A stretch of 56,821 bases of DNA, the filler included, from Sphacelaria rigidula (taxonomy: Eukaryota), in NCBI GenBank assembly GCA_964200075.2. It is 4 parts of 4 records of this genome, joined end to end, with 100 filler letters (N's around TTAATTAATTAA, not from the genome) between each part and the next. Parts side by side here need not be neighbours in the genome. Positions count along the whole stretch, not along the records: positions 1 to 14,132 come from CAXNAA020002440.1; positions 14,233 to 28,363 come from CAXNAA020002441.1; 2 more parts are not named here. One strand, given 5' to 3'. The notes beneath the pieces are model-generated. The model was not told where the DNA came from and did no database searches. It worked only from the letters and a program-made list of their open reading frames with translations. The first letter of the stretch is position 1; each line of letters opens with the position of its first letter. The position numbers and the translations under genes are program-made. Shown piece after piece: positions 13,387 through 25,514 of the stretch.

Positions 13387-13458
13387 GACTTGGAGAACTA
13401 CATGCACTACTTCGTACGGTGCAACGCGCCGGAGGAGACGCGAGAAAAGTTCAAGCTG
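13387..13458 (+). CDS. Myosin exon I: MyTH4 C-terminal part (no stop found before contig end)
   Basis: TTTCAG/GTGAGT; DLENYMHYFVRCNAPEETREKFKL, in phase 0. Confidence 0.88.
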
Positions 13459-14132
13459 GTGAGTTTTCGTGTGTTGCGTAAGCATCGATATCTACATACA
13501 GGCAATGGAATCAATAAAAATCAATCACATCACTCGTCATTCGCGCACTCAAGGACGAGTTTGTTCGTTTTTTGTGGACGATTGTTGTGTTGATTTTTGT
13601 TGGTGTATACAAACACACGTGGTAGCAATAGCTACGGGGTGTTGCGAGGATCCAAAATCTACAAAGCAAAATGTGAAGACGAAACTATGATTTCGTTACT
13701 CACGATGCCTGTAGTCAAATTCAATCTGTATTGAATAAATGTGGCTTTCATTTGCACCACAGCTGTGAGACTGGTTTGCGAGCAGCGTCGTCTCTCGCTG
13801 TGTATTCGTTCTGGCCCCTTTTTTTTCACATGGAACAATTTTGAACACCTTCAATTTTCTCCTGTCGCTATTTCTGTCTCTTTCTTGCCAGCCCTGTGTG
13901 GTGATTTTGACAAGGTTTTGGTCTTTGACAGTGCTACATAGACGACTTTTTTTTTTACTTTATTTCATCAAAACCTCGACTGCCCGGGTCTATTCCTTGC
14001 TTGATGTGTCATACTACTAGTCGGTGTCCCCTCGGCGTGTACATCATCCTTTGGAAATCCCCCCCCCCACCCCCCCCACCGCGCCGTGAAGTCGGTTATT
14101 CGCAGCGCCACGGAACGCAGCGACATGCACCA

Positions 14133-14232
14133 NNNNNNNNNNNNNNNNNNNNNNNNNNNNNNNNNNNNNNNNNNNNTTAATTAATTAANNNNNNNNNNNN
14201 NNNNNNNNNNNNNNNNNNNNNNNNNNNNNNNN
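14133..14232. other. Artificial contig-joining spacer
   Basis: N44-TTAATTAATTAA-N44; gives stop codons in all six frames. Confidence 0.97.
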
Positions 14233-14312
14233 CGCATCCCTTTCGAGATGGAGCACCGTTCCTACTCCTAATAGAGACACCTCCAACATTATGGCGCTCA
14301 TTACTTTCCTTC
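14233..14312 (-). mobile_element. LINE ORF2 extreme C-terminal fragment
   Basis: Encodes RKESNERHNVGGVSIRSRNGAPSRKGC; homologous to 36295-36370 and 36475-36550. Confidence 0.7.
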
Positions 14313-15723
14313 CGTAGAGAGATAGAAGGGGGGGAGAGAAAAGCGGAAAGGAAAACACGAGCATTGGCGTCGCGTAGTATGATCAACCCGGTATGCCTTT
14401 GAAAGGATCCGAAAAGTATAATGAGGGCACACCTATACAGTATAGATGTATGTATATGTATATATCGCCGCTGCGACCCGGTGGTGTACTGGTCCGACTG
14501 TCGCCATCAGGGTGGAGAGAAGGAGGGCTTGATCCCCGATGCGTTGGGTTTTTTTATTCGTAATGTATGATTTCCAACGTGGAAGGCGTGAGAACGTGAG
14601 TAAACAAAGTAGTCGAGTGGATTTGTGTGACGTGAGTTGACGCGGTGCGGGAGTCCTGATAGTCATGACCCAACCCGCGACACCAAAATGTAAGGCGCGC
14701 ACCGGTGGAGAGATGGGTTGGTCCGTTGAGACCACGGACTCATCCCGAGGAAGGGGAGGGGTTCAAAGTGCGAGGAAATACATATATCATATATATACAT
14801 ATATATACACACGTGGACTTCGGCAAGTTTTGTGGTATGTTCCGGTATGGATTATATACATTCAAACGTTGGGTGATTCCTTCACCAGCCTGGGTGCCGT
14901 GTTGAACCGGTATCATGTTGACTCGAACAATGGCCACAAGTCTCGAGTATTCACCCATCTACAAGCGCTCAAAAAAAGCGTACACTACGCGATACCTGGC
15001 CGTTAGTTTGGTGTGGTCATTCACAGCAACTCCATGTCCATGCGATCCCCAAAAGCGAGTTCTGAGTCTGCTAGTCTCGACAGAAGGGGAGGAAAATTAT
15101 AACATGAATATGGATACCCTCTTCATGAGTGAACCCCTATAACTGCCTTGCGAGTATTTCGGCGGGGGTAAAGGGTTAAATCATACACACCTCACCACTT
15201 AGTCAAAGGTGTGTGTGCTGCAGAGTCCCTGTTGGTCTGCGGTACTTGTGCTGTGGTCAGATGTGCTGGCACAAGAGGTGCTATAGGCCGCGCTTCCAGG
15301 TGGTAAGCGGGAAATCTCTGACTCTTCTGCCGTGGCGAATGAGTCGACCGCGACGTGCCGCATACAAAAGAAAGTAGTGTCAAGAAAAGACAATAGATAC
15401 TATAGTGACTCGAAGGACAGTCACATCTAGCACATTTGCGAAGGAGGAGGAGGGGAAGGGAAACATATTGTAGGTATGAACTGTACCGTACTGCACTCTG
15501 TATTGTAAGTTTACCTCGGCTTGAGCTCTGTCGTGTCAGTTTGGAAAATGGCCTACTAGCGTAGGTGAAATTATAGGAGACATGTGCAGTCAGCAGAACA
15601 ACGAAAACAAATCACTGTGAAATAATCAAAGGTTTGACACAAGTTATGATCTTATGCACGGTGCTATCGTCATTTTTGCTTCGAAAATTCGCGATAAAAA
15701 AATGCCATGAGTGGGGAACGCAC

Positions 15724-15807
15724 CTGTAGATTGTGTCCTCGATCCGCTAGCGCCTTGAGCTCCGTGTCCGCTGCCTTGCCATTGTACAGCCGGAAGACGT
15801 TGCACGC
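15724..15807 (-). CDS. IFT56: IFT56/TTC26 exon 7 (last seen; no later exon found before contig end)
   Basis: CAG/GTGCGT; ACNVFRLYNGKAADTELKALADRGHNLQ, cf. recalled TTC26 ACNHFRLYNGRAAEAELK. Confidence 0.93.
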
Positions 15808-15987
15808 CTGAAGACGCAACATCAAAATAAAAAATGGACCGTACGTAAGGAAACATCGAGGGAGGGGAAAGGAGGGCGGAAACGACAAGTGAGACACAGC
15901 TAGCGTGACGTATCCGATGAGGCGACGTATGAAGGCGAGTAAAATGTGTAGGCACAACAATTGGAAGGGGACAGAGAATAACAGCAC

Positions 15988-16003
15988 AACCCCCACCCCC
16001 ACC

Positions 16004-16059
<56 letters not shown>

Positions 16060-16186
16060 CGACGACGACGACGACGATGACGACGACGACGATGACGATG
16101 ATAGCAGCAGGAGCAGCAGGAGCAGCAGGAGCAGCAGGAGCAGCAGGAGCAGCAGGGGCAGCAGGAGCAGCAGGAGCAGAGGCAGC
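15988..16186. repeat. Compound microsatellite (ACC)n(AAC)n(GAC)n(AGCAGCAGG)n in IFT56 intron 6
   Basis: Directly visible runs. Confidence 0.95.
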
Positions 16187-16864
16187 GACAGACTCTGGAC
16201 GTGGGGAGCTAGACTTTCCTACACAGCACTACCACACAGGAATCCTCCCAAAATATATGAAACCAGTGGAATCAAGACTTGCAATATCCATCCACACCCT
16301 ATTGTGCCGTCCGCCTCAGGCGACATTTTTCGCGCTCATTGATGCAAGGACATTCAACCCGCTGCGCGGTACGATCACCTCGCCAAGAACCCATTCATAA
16401 AAAATGATCTCTGTCCCAAACCCAAATCCCTGCGAGGGGCCAAATACATGAACGTTGTGGTTCGTCGCCAATATTCATGGCATGACCACTACGCCCCGGC
16501 GACCCAATGTGTGCATCATCGGCTGGTCTGGGCGGAGTAGCAGTAGTGGGTACAAATCCCGATAGCCACGGTAACCGATCGTTTCAGTCGTTTTCCGTCG
16601 TGGAAAACATGAGAAAGTGAACGGACAAGAACGTCGGTCGAAGTCAATGGGTTGCAGGAGTGCTGACTAAATGCATAAATTGCAAATGCATGCAGCTGAG
16701 GAGAGAGGGGTTGATCACTTGAGACTATACGGACTCGCCCCGAGGAAAAGGACGGGGGGGGGGGGTAGGGGGATGCTTTAAAATACGACACAAATACAGA
16801 AATGTGCCTTTAAGGTCACTGATAGCGAAGCACTGTGATTTCTCTGCGGGAACAACAAGAAAGG

Positions 16865-17150
16865 TTTAAAGGGTCAGACGAATTCATGATTCGTTTAGAA
16901 ATCACTTGATTTTAGCGGAATTGATTCGCACTGTACGAATCAATCCTTGGGCTTTGTTTTCAGCGCTGCAACTCAGTTACGCGCAGCCCAGGCACGTGGA
17001 ATGGCGCATAAACTGTGTGGAGACGTTTTGACCCGCGGTCCACTTTTTTCTCTCTTTTGAGCAATCAGGACCGAAAAATCGTAGGTATGGTGAACGGAAC
17101 CTGCGATGATTTGTCCGAAACGTGAACGGTTTGCTACTGAGTGCTCTACA
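16865..17150 (+). repeat. Dispersed repeat, probable non-autonomous DNA transposon fragment
   Basis: Aligns with 31672-31960 (AAGGGTC.GACGAATT..TGATTCGT; CTTTGTTTTCAGCG.TGCAAC; GCCCAGGCACGTGGAATGGCGCA). Confidence 0.75.
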
Positions 17151-17222
17151 TGTTGTTGAGGGGGTGAATCGTTTGCACGTTCTTCCATGTGTCACTCTTT
17201 ATTTATTTTTGTCGTCTCTCAC

Positions 17223-17390
17223 CTTGAGGTTCATAGCGACAGCGCTGTCGGGAAACGCCTGGAGGTAGACGACCAGTATCTCCAAGGACACGTCGTAGTA
17301 GTCGAGTTTATAGTAGCACATGGCGACGTACACGTTGAGCGCCAAGTCGTCCCGGTTTTCTAGCAAGAGACGTTTGTAGATGTCCGTCGC
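17223..17390 (-). CDS. IFT56: IFT56/TTC26 exon 6
   Basis: CAG/GTGAGA, 168 nt; [56 protein letters not shown], very close to the recalled TTC26 [19 protein letters not shown] signature. Confidence 0.97.
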
Positions 17391-18236
17391 CTGTGTCGTT
17401 TCGTTTCGGTGTTGTCGTGATCAATCAGAGCGGAGAAGAAGTCCACCAATCAGGGGAGTGGTAAGTAGTTTTACTCCAGGAGGCCAAGTCTGTCTGGTTT
17501 AGAAAGCCGTTCGCTATAGACGGCTCGTGTGGCCGGCTATGCACGACAAAACGTGGAGTATCTCTGTCGTGTAAGTATGTGAGAACGAAGGTGGTCGAGA
17601 GTGATAGCAAGGGACATCAAGAATACATATATGGTGCATATGGTGTCGGGTAGCCAGTCGGGTCTAGGCAAGATGCGCACAAACGGCGTCCACATGCAGA
17701 CCAGCAGTCATCGGTAGAGTTATGCATCGGTACCGATACCGTTAATATACCGGACCGATACGATGAGTCATACCACACCGGTACTTGGCATCAACATCGC
17801 TAACTCGTCGTTACCGGCTATAAAAGTACCATATATTGGTCATCATCCAGAGGGTGGCCGCCGACGTACGATCGAGGTTGTGCTCTAACCTGGCACCCAA
17901 CGGCTCGAACAGCGATTACTTTGTGACGTTGTCCATCGACTTGGCCAAAGCATCACAGATAACATCGATACACAACCCTAATGATCAGCGAACACCCGAG
18001 CCATGCGCCCCCAAGCTCTTAAACAAACAAGCACTTTGGCGAGTTTAGATACTAGAAAAAATGGGTTTTATCAGGCGCAACGGGACTATCGGTACTAGGC
18101 AAGAGGCTGTACAGGAAAGGACAACTTTACGACGTTTTACAAGTATATACATGTCCAATAGCACTTCGACAAACTTTTGCTGATTCAGTCGTCATAATTA
18201 TAACCTCCGCTCCTCCTCCCACCTCCCACTTCCCAC

Positions 18237-18416
18237 CTCCTGGAAATGACTCCTGAGGTAGTGTATCGCCGCGAGAGACAGCTGATCCTCGTTTGTGTCC
18301 GTGAGCTTCTGGTGGTACGCCATGAGTTTGTTTTCGTCCAGCATCTTGTGCGACACGTGGAACAGTATGCGGTTCTTTAAGGCGCACTCGGGACCCTTCT
18401 TCGTGACCTCCTCGAC
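18237..18416 (-). CDS. IFT56: IFT56/TTC26 exon 5
   Basis: CAG/GTGGGA, 180 nt; VEEVTKKGPECALKNRILFHVSHKMLDENKLMAYHQKLTDTNEDQLSLAAIHYLRSHFQE. Confidence 0.95.
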
Positions 18417-19725
18417 CTGTGCGTTGAAGCAAAAAAGAAAAGAAAAATATGAACTGATGTCGTCACTCTCGCAGAACGTACAGTAAATGCCTGGTGAAAT
18501 TAAACAATGCCATTCAGGCTGAGGACATTATGATCCCAAGGGTTTGTGCGGGCACTCAAGCATGAAAACTCACGTCTACATCCACCCCCCTTGGAGAATT
18601 ACATATGTGTGCGTGCGCGCGTGTGCCTGCGCATGTGTGCGTCATACTCCAGTGTTCTATGTCGTCACTGATACGGGGCGGGATCACACGCATGCATCGA
18701 CACCGGAAACAGGAGATAGAAGTAGCTGCACAGGATGTGCACGTTTGATACAAGAAACCCCGAGTGCCACGCTCACGCAAAGAGTACTCCCGCACAAGCC
18801 TTGAAAAAGGCAGGGGGTGATCCCGTCAGAATATGCACACAACGGACAAGAACGCCGAAGGGCTTACACACGTATTGAAAGCCACGGCATACAATAATGA
18901 CACCCTACGTAGGAAGTACTCGCGCGCACCGCAAAATCACACGTGAAATGCCCCAACACGATGATCCTATAGGACTAGATTTGGACGTGTACATGGAACC
19001 CGGCTCAAGTCGCCGGTACAAACGCGACACAGCCGTCTTGAAGATTTGGGACATGGACTCGAACTTACACTATCGGCTTCATGTACACCCCACCGAGTAG
19101 TAGCTCGTAAAGAGCAGTGTACCCCGCCCTCCACCCCGTACGTTACGACGCAATTTTACTCCCCTTTCTCGATTGGCAAGCGTTTGTTTTGCTCCTCTTC
19201 GTCGTACTTCAATTTTATCCCCCTTCCCTTCCTCGCGGGAGGTGTCCGTAGTGTCAAGAGATCGACCCATCTCTCCCTTGGATATGTCTGAAATATTTGA
19301 ATCGAAAATTGCATTAGCACCATCGCATCGGGTCGACTTTCACTACATTTTTGTTCTTGTCACGTCCCAACGATTCGAAGGACAGGAATCAGATGCGCTG
19401 CACATGATTTGAGCGTTTGGATTGTGTTCGGCTCTTTTGCATGGAGCATGTCTGTATGCAACGATAATCAATCAACCAATCGATGGTTGATCATCCCAAC
19501 TATCAACCTCTGTGGGGAGAGATGCAGTACCGTCTCGTACACACGACGTTCTTCATGCTTCGAAGGGCTCTCACGACAAAACCCCCGCGCCTGTTCCGCA
19601 TCTTTGCAAGCAAAAAGTACCACCATTAGGATGAAAACATGTGTTGGCGTGAACCGCGAAACTCTTCAATTTTTGTAGCACAGCTAGGTTCCTCTTGTAT
19701 ATCCCTACCGAAAACACGCTCTTAC

Positions 19726-19806
19726 CTTGTCGTACATCTGCATGTAGTAGTAGCAACACCCCAGGAACAGCATCACGTCTTTGCATCCGCCCATTGACTC
19801 CACCTC
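19726..19806 (-). CDS. IFT56: IFT56/TTC26 exon 4
   Basis: TAG/GTAAGA, 81 nt; EVESMGGCKDVMLFLGCCYYYMQMYDK (TPR helix). Confidence 0.9.
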
Positions 19807-20569
19807 CTACGTATCCCTCGTTCGGTTTGTGGTGAGTTGGACGGTTCCATTTCATTCCAAAAATCGAAATACAGAATAACAAGAGGATGGACCGGACAGT
19901 GAAGTTTTGCGATGAGCAAAGGTTAGCAGAGGGGTCGCATCTGGGTTTCAGGGGGGAGCAGAGTACGGCATGACCACAACGCAAAACGAAGATACGAAAC
20001 ATTACAGACGTACGGTGCTGAAATAGGCAAAGGTATGACTAATATAGCTTTTTCAGACTCAAGGTGTAGACTATGACAATAGCGCGAAACAACGCACTCC
20101 GGAAGTAGATTGCTGCTGCTAGGCAAGTAAGGCCTGACTAATGCAGCTTCACCTTCAGGCTTAGGCGGTGGAGCATGACAATATCGTAACTAGAGTACCA
20201 AAACAACAAAATTAGATCGCTGATGCAAGTGCCCTTCCGCCTCAACGTCGGGGTGGCCGGCTCTCTCCCTCTCTCTTTCTCTCTCTCTCTGCGTCTCTCG
20301 TAAAATGAGAAGCTGGCATATATTTATATATGTATACAATGAGCCATAATCTGCTCCCACATATTTTTCTTTTCTACGATTGGGTGTGAGTGTGGTTTCT
20401 GCGCAAGACCTTTTCCACCGAAGCCATGTGGCAAAGGCCGGCTATGTATCGTGTTCTTTCATTCCTTATCCTTTCTCTTTGTCCTTGTTTTTTTCTTGTA
20501 TTTCCTTTTCTTCTCTGAGTCTACTCTGTTGTGATGTTCTACCTTTTCTGTTCTCTGTACCCTTGTTCA

Positions 20570-20680
20570 GTGAATGTTTCGGTTTTGTATTGTCTCGGGT
20601 AGGTCTATCATGCGACCACGGCTGGATCCCTGGGGAGCCACTTAAAGCTCGACAATCAAGCAATCAAACAAACCAATAAT
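20570..20680 (+). mobile_element. Non-LTR retroelement 3' tail with (CAAT)-like repeats
   Basis: TCATGCGACCACGGCTGGATCCC...CAATCAAGCAATCAAAC; a related inverted copy lies at 35335-35425. Confidence 0.55.
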
Positions 20681-21158
20681 ATATTTATAAGTGCGTACAT
20701 ACATACTCGCGTGTGTCAGGCGGGGACGACGTATGCGGTGTGAGAAGGAGTCGCATCAAAGATGGTTGACGCCCCTACCCACGCGCATGCGTTGTTGCCA
20801 CCATCCCAACCTGTGTGTCCCCACGACAGCATGTCCGTCTTTATAACCATCACAATCGATCCCGTGTTTAAATTATCCATCGATGTTTGAGGGTGCGGCA
20901 CAGACCGCGCCGTCGAACATGGGAGAAGTGTCGTACAGACGTACAGAAGGAAAACGTGCTCCGTGTACACCGGATACACGTAAGCGGTGCCGTTTCCTTC
21001 TCCATGCCTCAACTGAAGCACGCAGCTTCAGGGAGGTGGGAATATTGCCATCAGATATCTATACGCGGTATCCTGTGACAACACACTCATGAGCATATTC
21101 TAACGTTAGACCAGCCTATTCCGTTAAACGAACCACACACCATGACAAGCTCTCTCAC

Positions 21159-21302
21159 TTGATAGGCATCGATAGCCTTCTCGTAGTTCCCGAGGTGGAA
21201 GGCACAGTAGCCCAGCCACATGAGGGTGTCCTCCAGGCTGTCCTCTTCCCCCGATCGTCGGTTGAATTCCAGCAGCGTAACCGCCCCCGTGAAATCTCTG
21301 GC
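21159..21302 (-). CDS. IFT56: IFT56/TTC26 exon 3
   Basis: CAG/GTGAGA, 144 nt; [48 protein letters not shown], cf. RDFTGAITLLEF...[13 protein letters not shown]. Confidence 0.95.
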
Positions 21303-22382
21303 CTGATCGTTTCAGGTGAAATATTCGAGAAAATGGTTGTAATGGGAAGGGTACTGTAGCTTGTGGTACGAACAACAGTGATCGTGCTGCACGTTGCGGA
21401 TTAGCTAGTAGTTCTGATCCGCTGATACGTGAAAGTATATGGTGACGTCAGTGCTACTTGGTGAAGATGCATAATTCGCGTCGGGGAGAGGTCACGCCGG
21501 GCGAGCAACGCCGGGCTAGACGGGAACCATCTCTGGCACAAGGAGCATCTGCAGAGGGTGCATGGCTTCACGTAGGCACCGCTAGTGGCGCTGGTATTGG
21601 ATGCCTTCAGTTAGAAATTGCTAGTGAATTTTTCACTCAAACTCGCGGTTTGGTGCCCTTCGTCTACGTACGAGTGGCGCCATGTTTGCTATACACCATC
21701 CATGACCGAGTGTAAACCCCCCGGTAATGAGCTTTCAAGCTCGGTGTTCTCGAAACTGGCGCAGGGTAAGCCGCCGATAGTTGTTTTGTTGCCGAGACTC
21801 CGTCGACATATATTAAAAATAGTAGTGACGTTTTGGCAGTGAAGGGTGTTAGGTCTCAAGATACACGGCATTGAAAGCAGATTGCTGGGGCTGTTATGCT
21901 TCACCGACAAGGATATATTTGCAGGGTGACCATGGAGGAGAATAACCGCTTCAAGATGCACCCCGATGAACCCTCGATTTTCTACCGTCTTCATGGCGTA
22001 TGGTGTGGTATTCGACGCCATGGGACGACTAGACCTAGAAAGCTCCCACATCGTTCGCTGATGTGTTGTACGCATGCAAGCATGCGAGAAAAAGAAACAC
22101 TAACATTCAAGGGCTAGTTATTGCAGAATGAACACCCTCGTCGACGGATTATGGCTGAACATGATTTGAAGATTGCCCCGCAATTATGGTTCATTCCTTC
22201 AAGTCGATAATCCTTCAACTACCAACCTCTTGGCACATCAAGTACAAGAGCCTTCACACAGCGAAATCAAATCACAAGCACTCACATTGGCACACATCAA
22301 CACACCGGGTATTGATTAACTTTCCCGCAGTCAGAAAGCCTAAGCGAACTTTTTCGCTTGATGCTCATTTTTGAAGTCTAAC

Positions 22383-22450
22383 CTTGATGTAGTCGCTGAG
22401 CTCAGGCATCTTCTGCTGACCCGGTGGTCCCTTTGCCTTTGCACCCTTGC
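22383..22450 (-). CDS. IFT56: IFT56/TTC26 exon 2
   Basis: CCCCCAG/GTTAGA; (G)KGAKAKGPPGQQKMPELSDYIK, phase 1 to 0; corresponds to KIPKLEELL. Confidence 0.85.
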
Positions 22451-23149
22451 CTGGGGGCGACGGAGGACGTTGACATGACATGCAACGTCGGCACGATGAC
22501 CGTCAACTGGCGAACGGAACCGCTGGCACATGGCGCGTATCAAACACCACTACACGACCGTTGGATTTTGTGGAATTCACGTGTATATCACAAACTCTGC
22601 TATTTAGCAGGATAATAAATCCATCCCTGAGATGGTGCTGGCTATTTTCTCGTCCCATACACGCCGCAGCAGGTGGACGCTCGGAAGGTACGTAAGCTCG
22701 ATCCAAGTGTGAATGGAGCTGGAAGGCAGCTCTTGAGAAACATCTTGTGCATCGGCTGCTCTACACACAATGACGCTTCTAGCCCTAGCTCTATCCAGCA
22801 AATGCACCATTCGTCGCATTATTCTAAAGCGATCACAACGCAGTCTTGGAGAGCCAGGCGCGTCTTTTCCCTGTTGTGCACAGTGGTTTAGTTTTTAGTT
22901 GCACTCGTTTAGCACACAGTGCAGAGCATGGCTGACTTTCGATCGAGCGTTCTGGGCTCTGAACACTATCCGGCCGTGGCCCGACCGTAAAAAATCCAAA
23001 AGAGGACATGATTCATCCACAATCACAGCGTAATCATAGCGTTCTCCATTTTTCGGACACTCGCTGTCGTTACGCAGACATCGTAATATGGCGCAGATGA
23101 GGTCGTGGTGTTGATAATCTCTCTGTGTCACGTCTGCAACAAATCAGAT

Positions 23150-24655
23150 CTATCGGGGTATACGGCGTTACGAGATTGGCGCAAAACATCAAATACGAAC
23201 CAACACTCGATAGTCGAAAAACGGCCAAATCATATGTGTCAGCGAAAAAAGGAGTCGAGTTACTAGCGGGTGCTGTGCCGTCGCAGCGTGATAATGCACG
23301 CAATACTTGACGCACGGTCACTCTGAGGACAGGTAGGAAAATACCAGGAGTTGATGAGCAAACAGATATTGCGCATTATGCTTGACGAGACTCAGTGTCG
23401 TAAGATCGAAGCACGACCGCACACTCAAAACCAACTCAGGCCGGCCAAAACATGGCGAAAAAAAATGATGGTGGAAACTCGGCGTATTGTCGACCAGGGC
23501 TGTTCCATCGCAGCATGAGATTGGGTGCAATACTGAACGCCCGGTCGTGCTGAAGACCGTGCTGAGAGACCAGGGCATGGTGAGGACACAGGTATATGTA
23601 TCATGCTCCAATGAGCTTTGTGTCGCGAGAACGCCGTAATACCGTTAACCTGACACGTGAAAACCTGCGTGTGGTGTGCACCCTAGAAGCAAGTGATAGG
23701 GTATTTCCACTGATTTCCACCGGATCTTCATGGACCAACACGGTGTTTGGGGTGCCTTCGCTCTACGGCACTCTTGCCGTGACCGGTCATATATCGTGTC
23801 GTAATTGATCGATCGGTGTTATTGGCACTTAATGGCAAGCCACATAAGCTGTCTGCATACCGCAGCAAACCATGTCTCTCGGGGTACACGGCGTCACGAG
23901 ATTAAAACATTACAGCAAATCCAAACACAAGTTGGACAGCCGAAAAATGGCCACATTATGTATGTTAAAAACAAAATAGCGTGTTGCTGGCGGGTACTGT
24001 TCCATCGTACGCGATATTGCTGGCCATGCGCGGTATATTGTCATGTTTGAGACCTCGGTGGGGAGTCAGGGACATGGCGAGCACAGAGATATACGAGTCA
24101 CACTCGGGTGGGCTGTGGGTCGCCAGATACAAGCACTACAGCAAACCCGAACACATGCTGGACAGTGAAAAAATGACGAAATCTTACGTGTGAGCGAAAA
24201 ATCGGCGTGTTATTGGCGAGTGCTGTTCCATTGTCGTGTGATACTGTGCGCTACACCGAACGCACATTCGTGTTCAAAATACGCACAGAAAGACCAGGAC
24301 ATGGTGAGTACACAACTGAACGGCACGTGCTCGATTTGGCCGTGTGTTGCGAGAAGGCTACGCTACCATAAAGATGTCGTCTCAAACCTCGTGCGCACGG
24401 TGTGCACTCTGATGGCCAGTATTTAGGCATCTCCACTGACTTCCATTGGACCTTCATGGGTCAAAACGGCGTTCGGGTCTCTCGCCGCGATCGGTTGTAG
24501 CTCGCGTCGTCATTGAGCGATTGGCATGCTCACAGCGTCAACGGCAAGCCACAAAAACAGTCTGCATGCCACAACAAATCGTGCATCTCGGGATGCACGG
24601 CGTCACCAAATTAGAACATCACAGCAAATTTGCAGCCAACTCGATGCACATTCCT
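23150..24655. repeat. Degenerate tandem repeat, unit about 230-240 bp, in IFT56 intron 1
   Basis: Recurring GG..(T/G)(A/C)CACGGCGTCAC.AGATT...ACAGCAAA...GAAAAA.GGC...GTGCTGTTCCATCG blocks near 23155, 23395, 23881, 24115 and 24590. Confidence 0.65.
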
Positions 24656-25456
24656 CTCTTGTATCCCTTGGTTTAAAAAGAGGAGCACGGCACGCCGTTT
24701 TAAGACAATATTTCAAGATACTGTATAAGGAGTGATGCCGCTACAGCCCCTCCGCTAACCAGCCCCAACACTGTCACGAAGAAAATGGTCATTCAGCGCA
24801 TGATAGCTAGTTTCAGACTGCATGAAGTGACTCATATGGGCGACCTTGGCGAAACAAGCGCAACCGTACGTCCAGTACAGCATTCGCTCACAATATAACC
24901 TCGCGATGCAACACCTCCCACCATCAAAACGCTCATTTCTCGCTTACATGTAGGATTTCGCCATATTTTTGCCGGCCTGGGTTTGTGTCGAATGTGCTGT
25001 CATACTTCGGTATCGCGACACTAAGCCTCGTCAAGCGTAGCGCTTTTATCTGCGTGTTCATGATGCCCTTGCTCGTACCGTCGATTGGTCGTGTAATCTC
25101 AACGGTCGAGAAAAACAACGAACGCTTCATACCCACGACTGACAGAGCTACTACTTGGCCTCTACGAGGCAGGAGGGATGCCAAAGCTGTCACGTTGTTC
25201 CATGTGCGCGATGAATCGTATATTTCCATACATAGGCAATATTACAACGTATGGTGATGAGGGTAGTTGGTACACAACATACTCGTACAGTTCACCTGAC
25301 AAAGGATAGGTTTCGACTACTCTCCACTACTGTACTCGTCATCAGGACGTTTCTAAAGGAAGTCCCCACCTTCCACCAGGTAATAATTGGGCTTTCTACG
25401 TTTTCATTGTAGCGCTACCAGATGCGACTGGGTTCAATCATTTCTTCGATACTCAC

Positions 25457-25514
25457 CCATGAGCATCTTGGCAGAAGTCTTGGCCTTCGCCGTCGGTGGC
25501 GCCTTCGTCATCAT
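25457..25514 (-). CDS. IFT56: IFT56/TTC26 exon 1 (start codon)
   Basis: AAAACATG start, MMTKAPPTAKAKTSAKMLM(G), consensus GTGAGT donor; phase 1 fits exon 2. Confidence 0.75.

Noticed and set aside
14177..14188. TTAATTAATTAA palindrome (also 28408 and 42638) as a biological motif or piggyBac site
   Set aside because: Centred in identical N spacers; an assembly linker.
13458..15724. Convergent myosin-IFT56 'cytoskeletal gene cluster'
   Set aside because: The genes lie on different contigs joined artificially.
15905..16400. Poly-T/N/D/S and Gly-Ala repeat ORFs
   Set aside because: Products of an intronic microsatellite.
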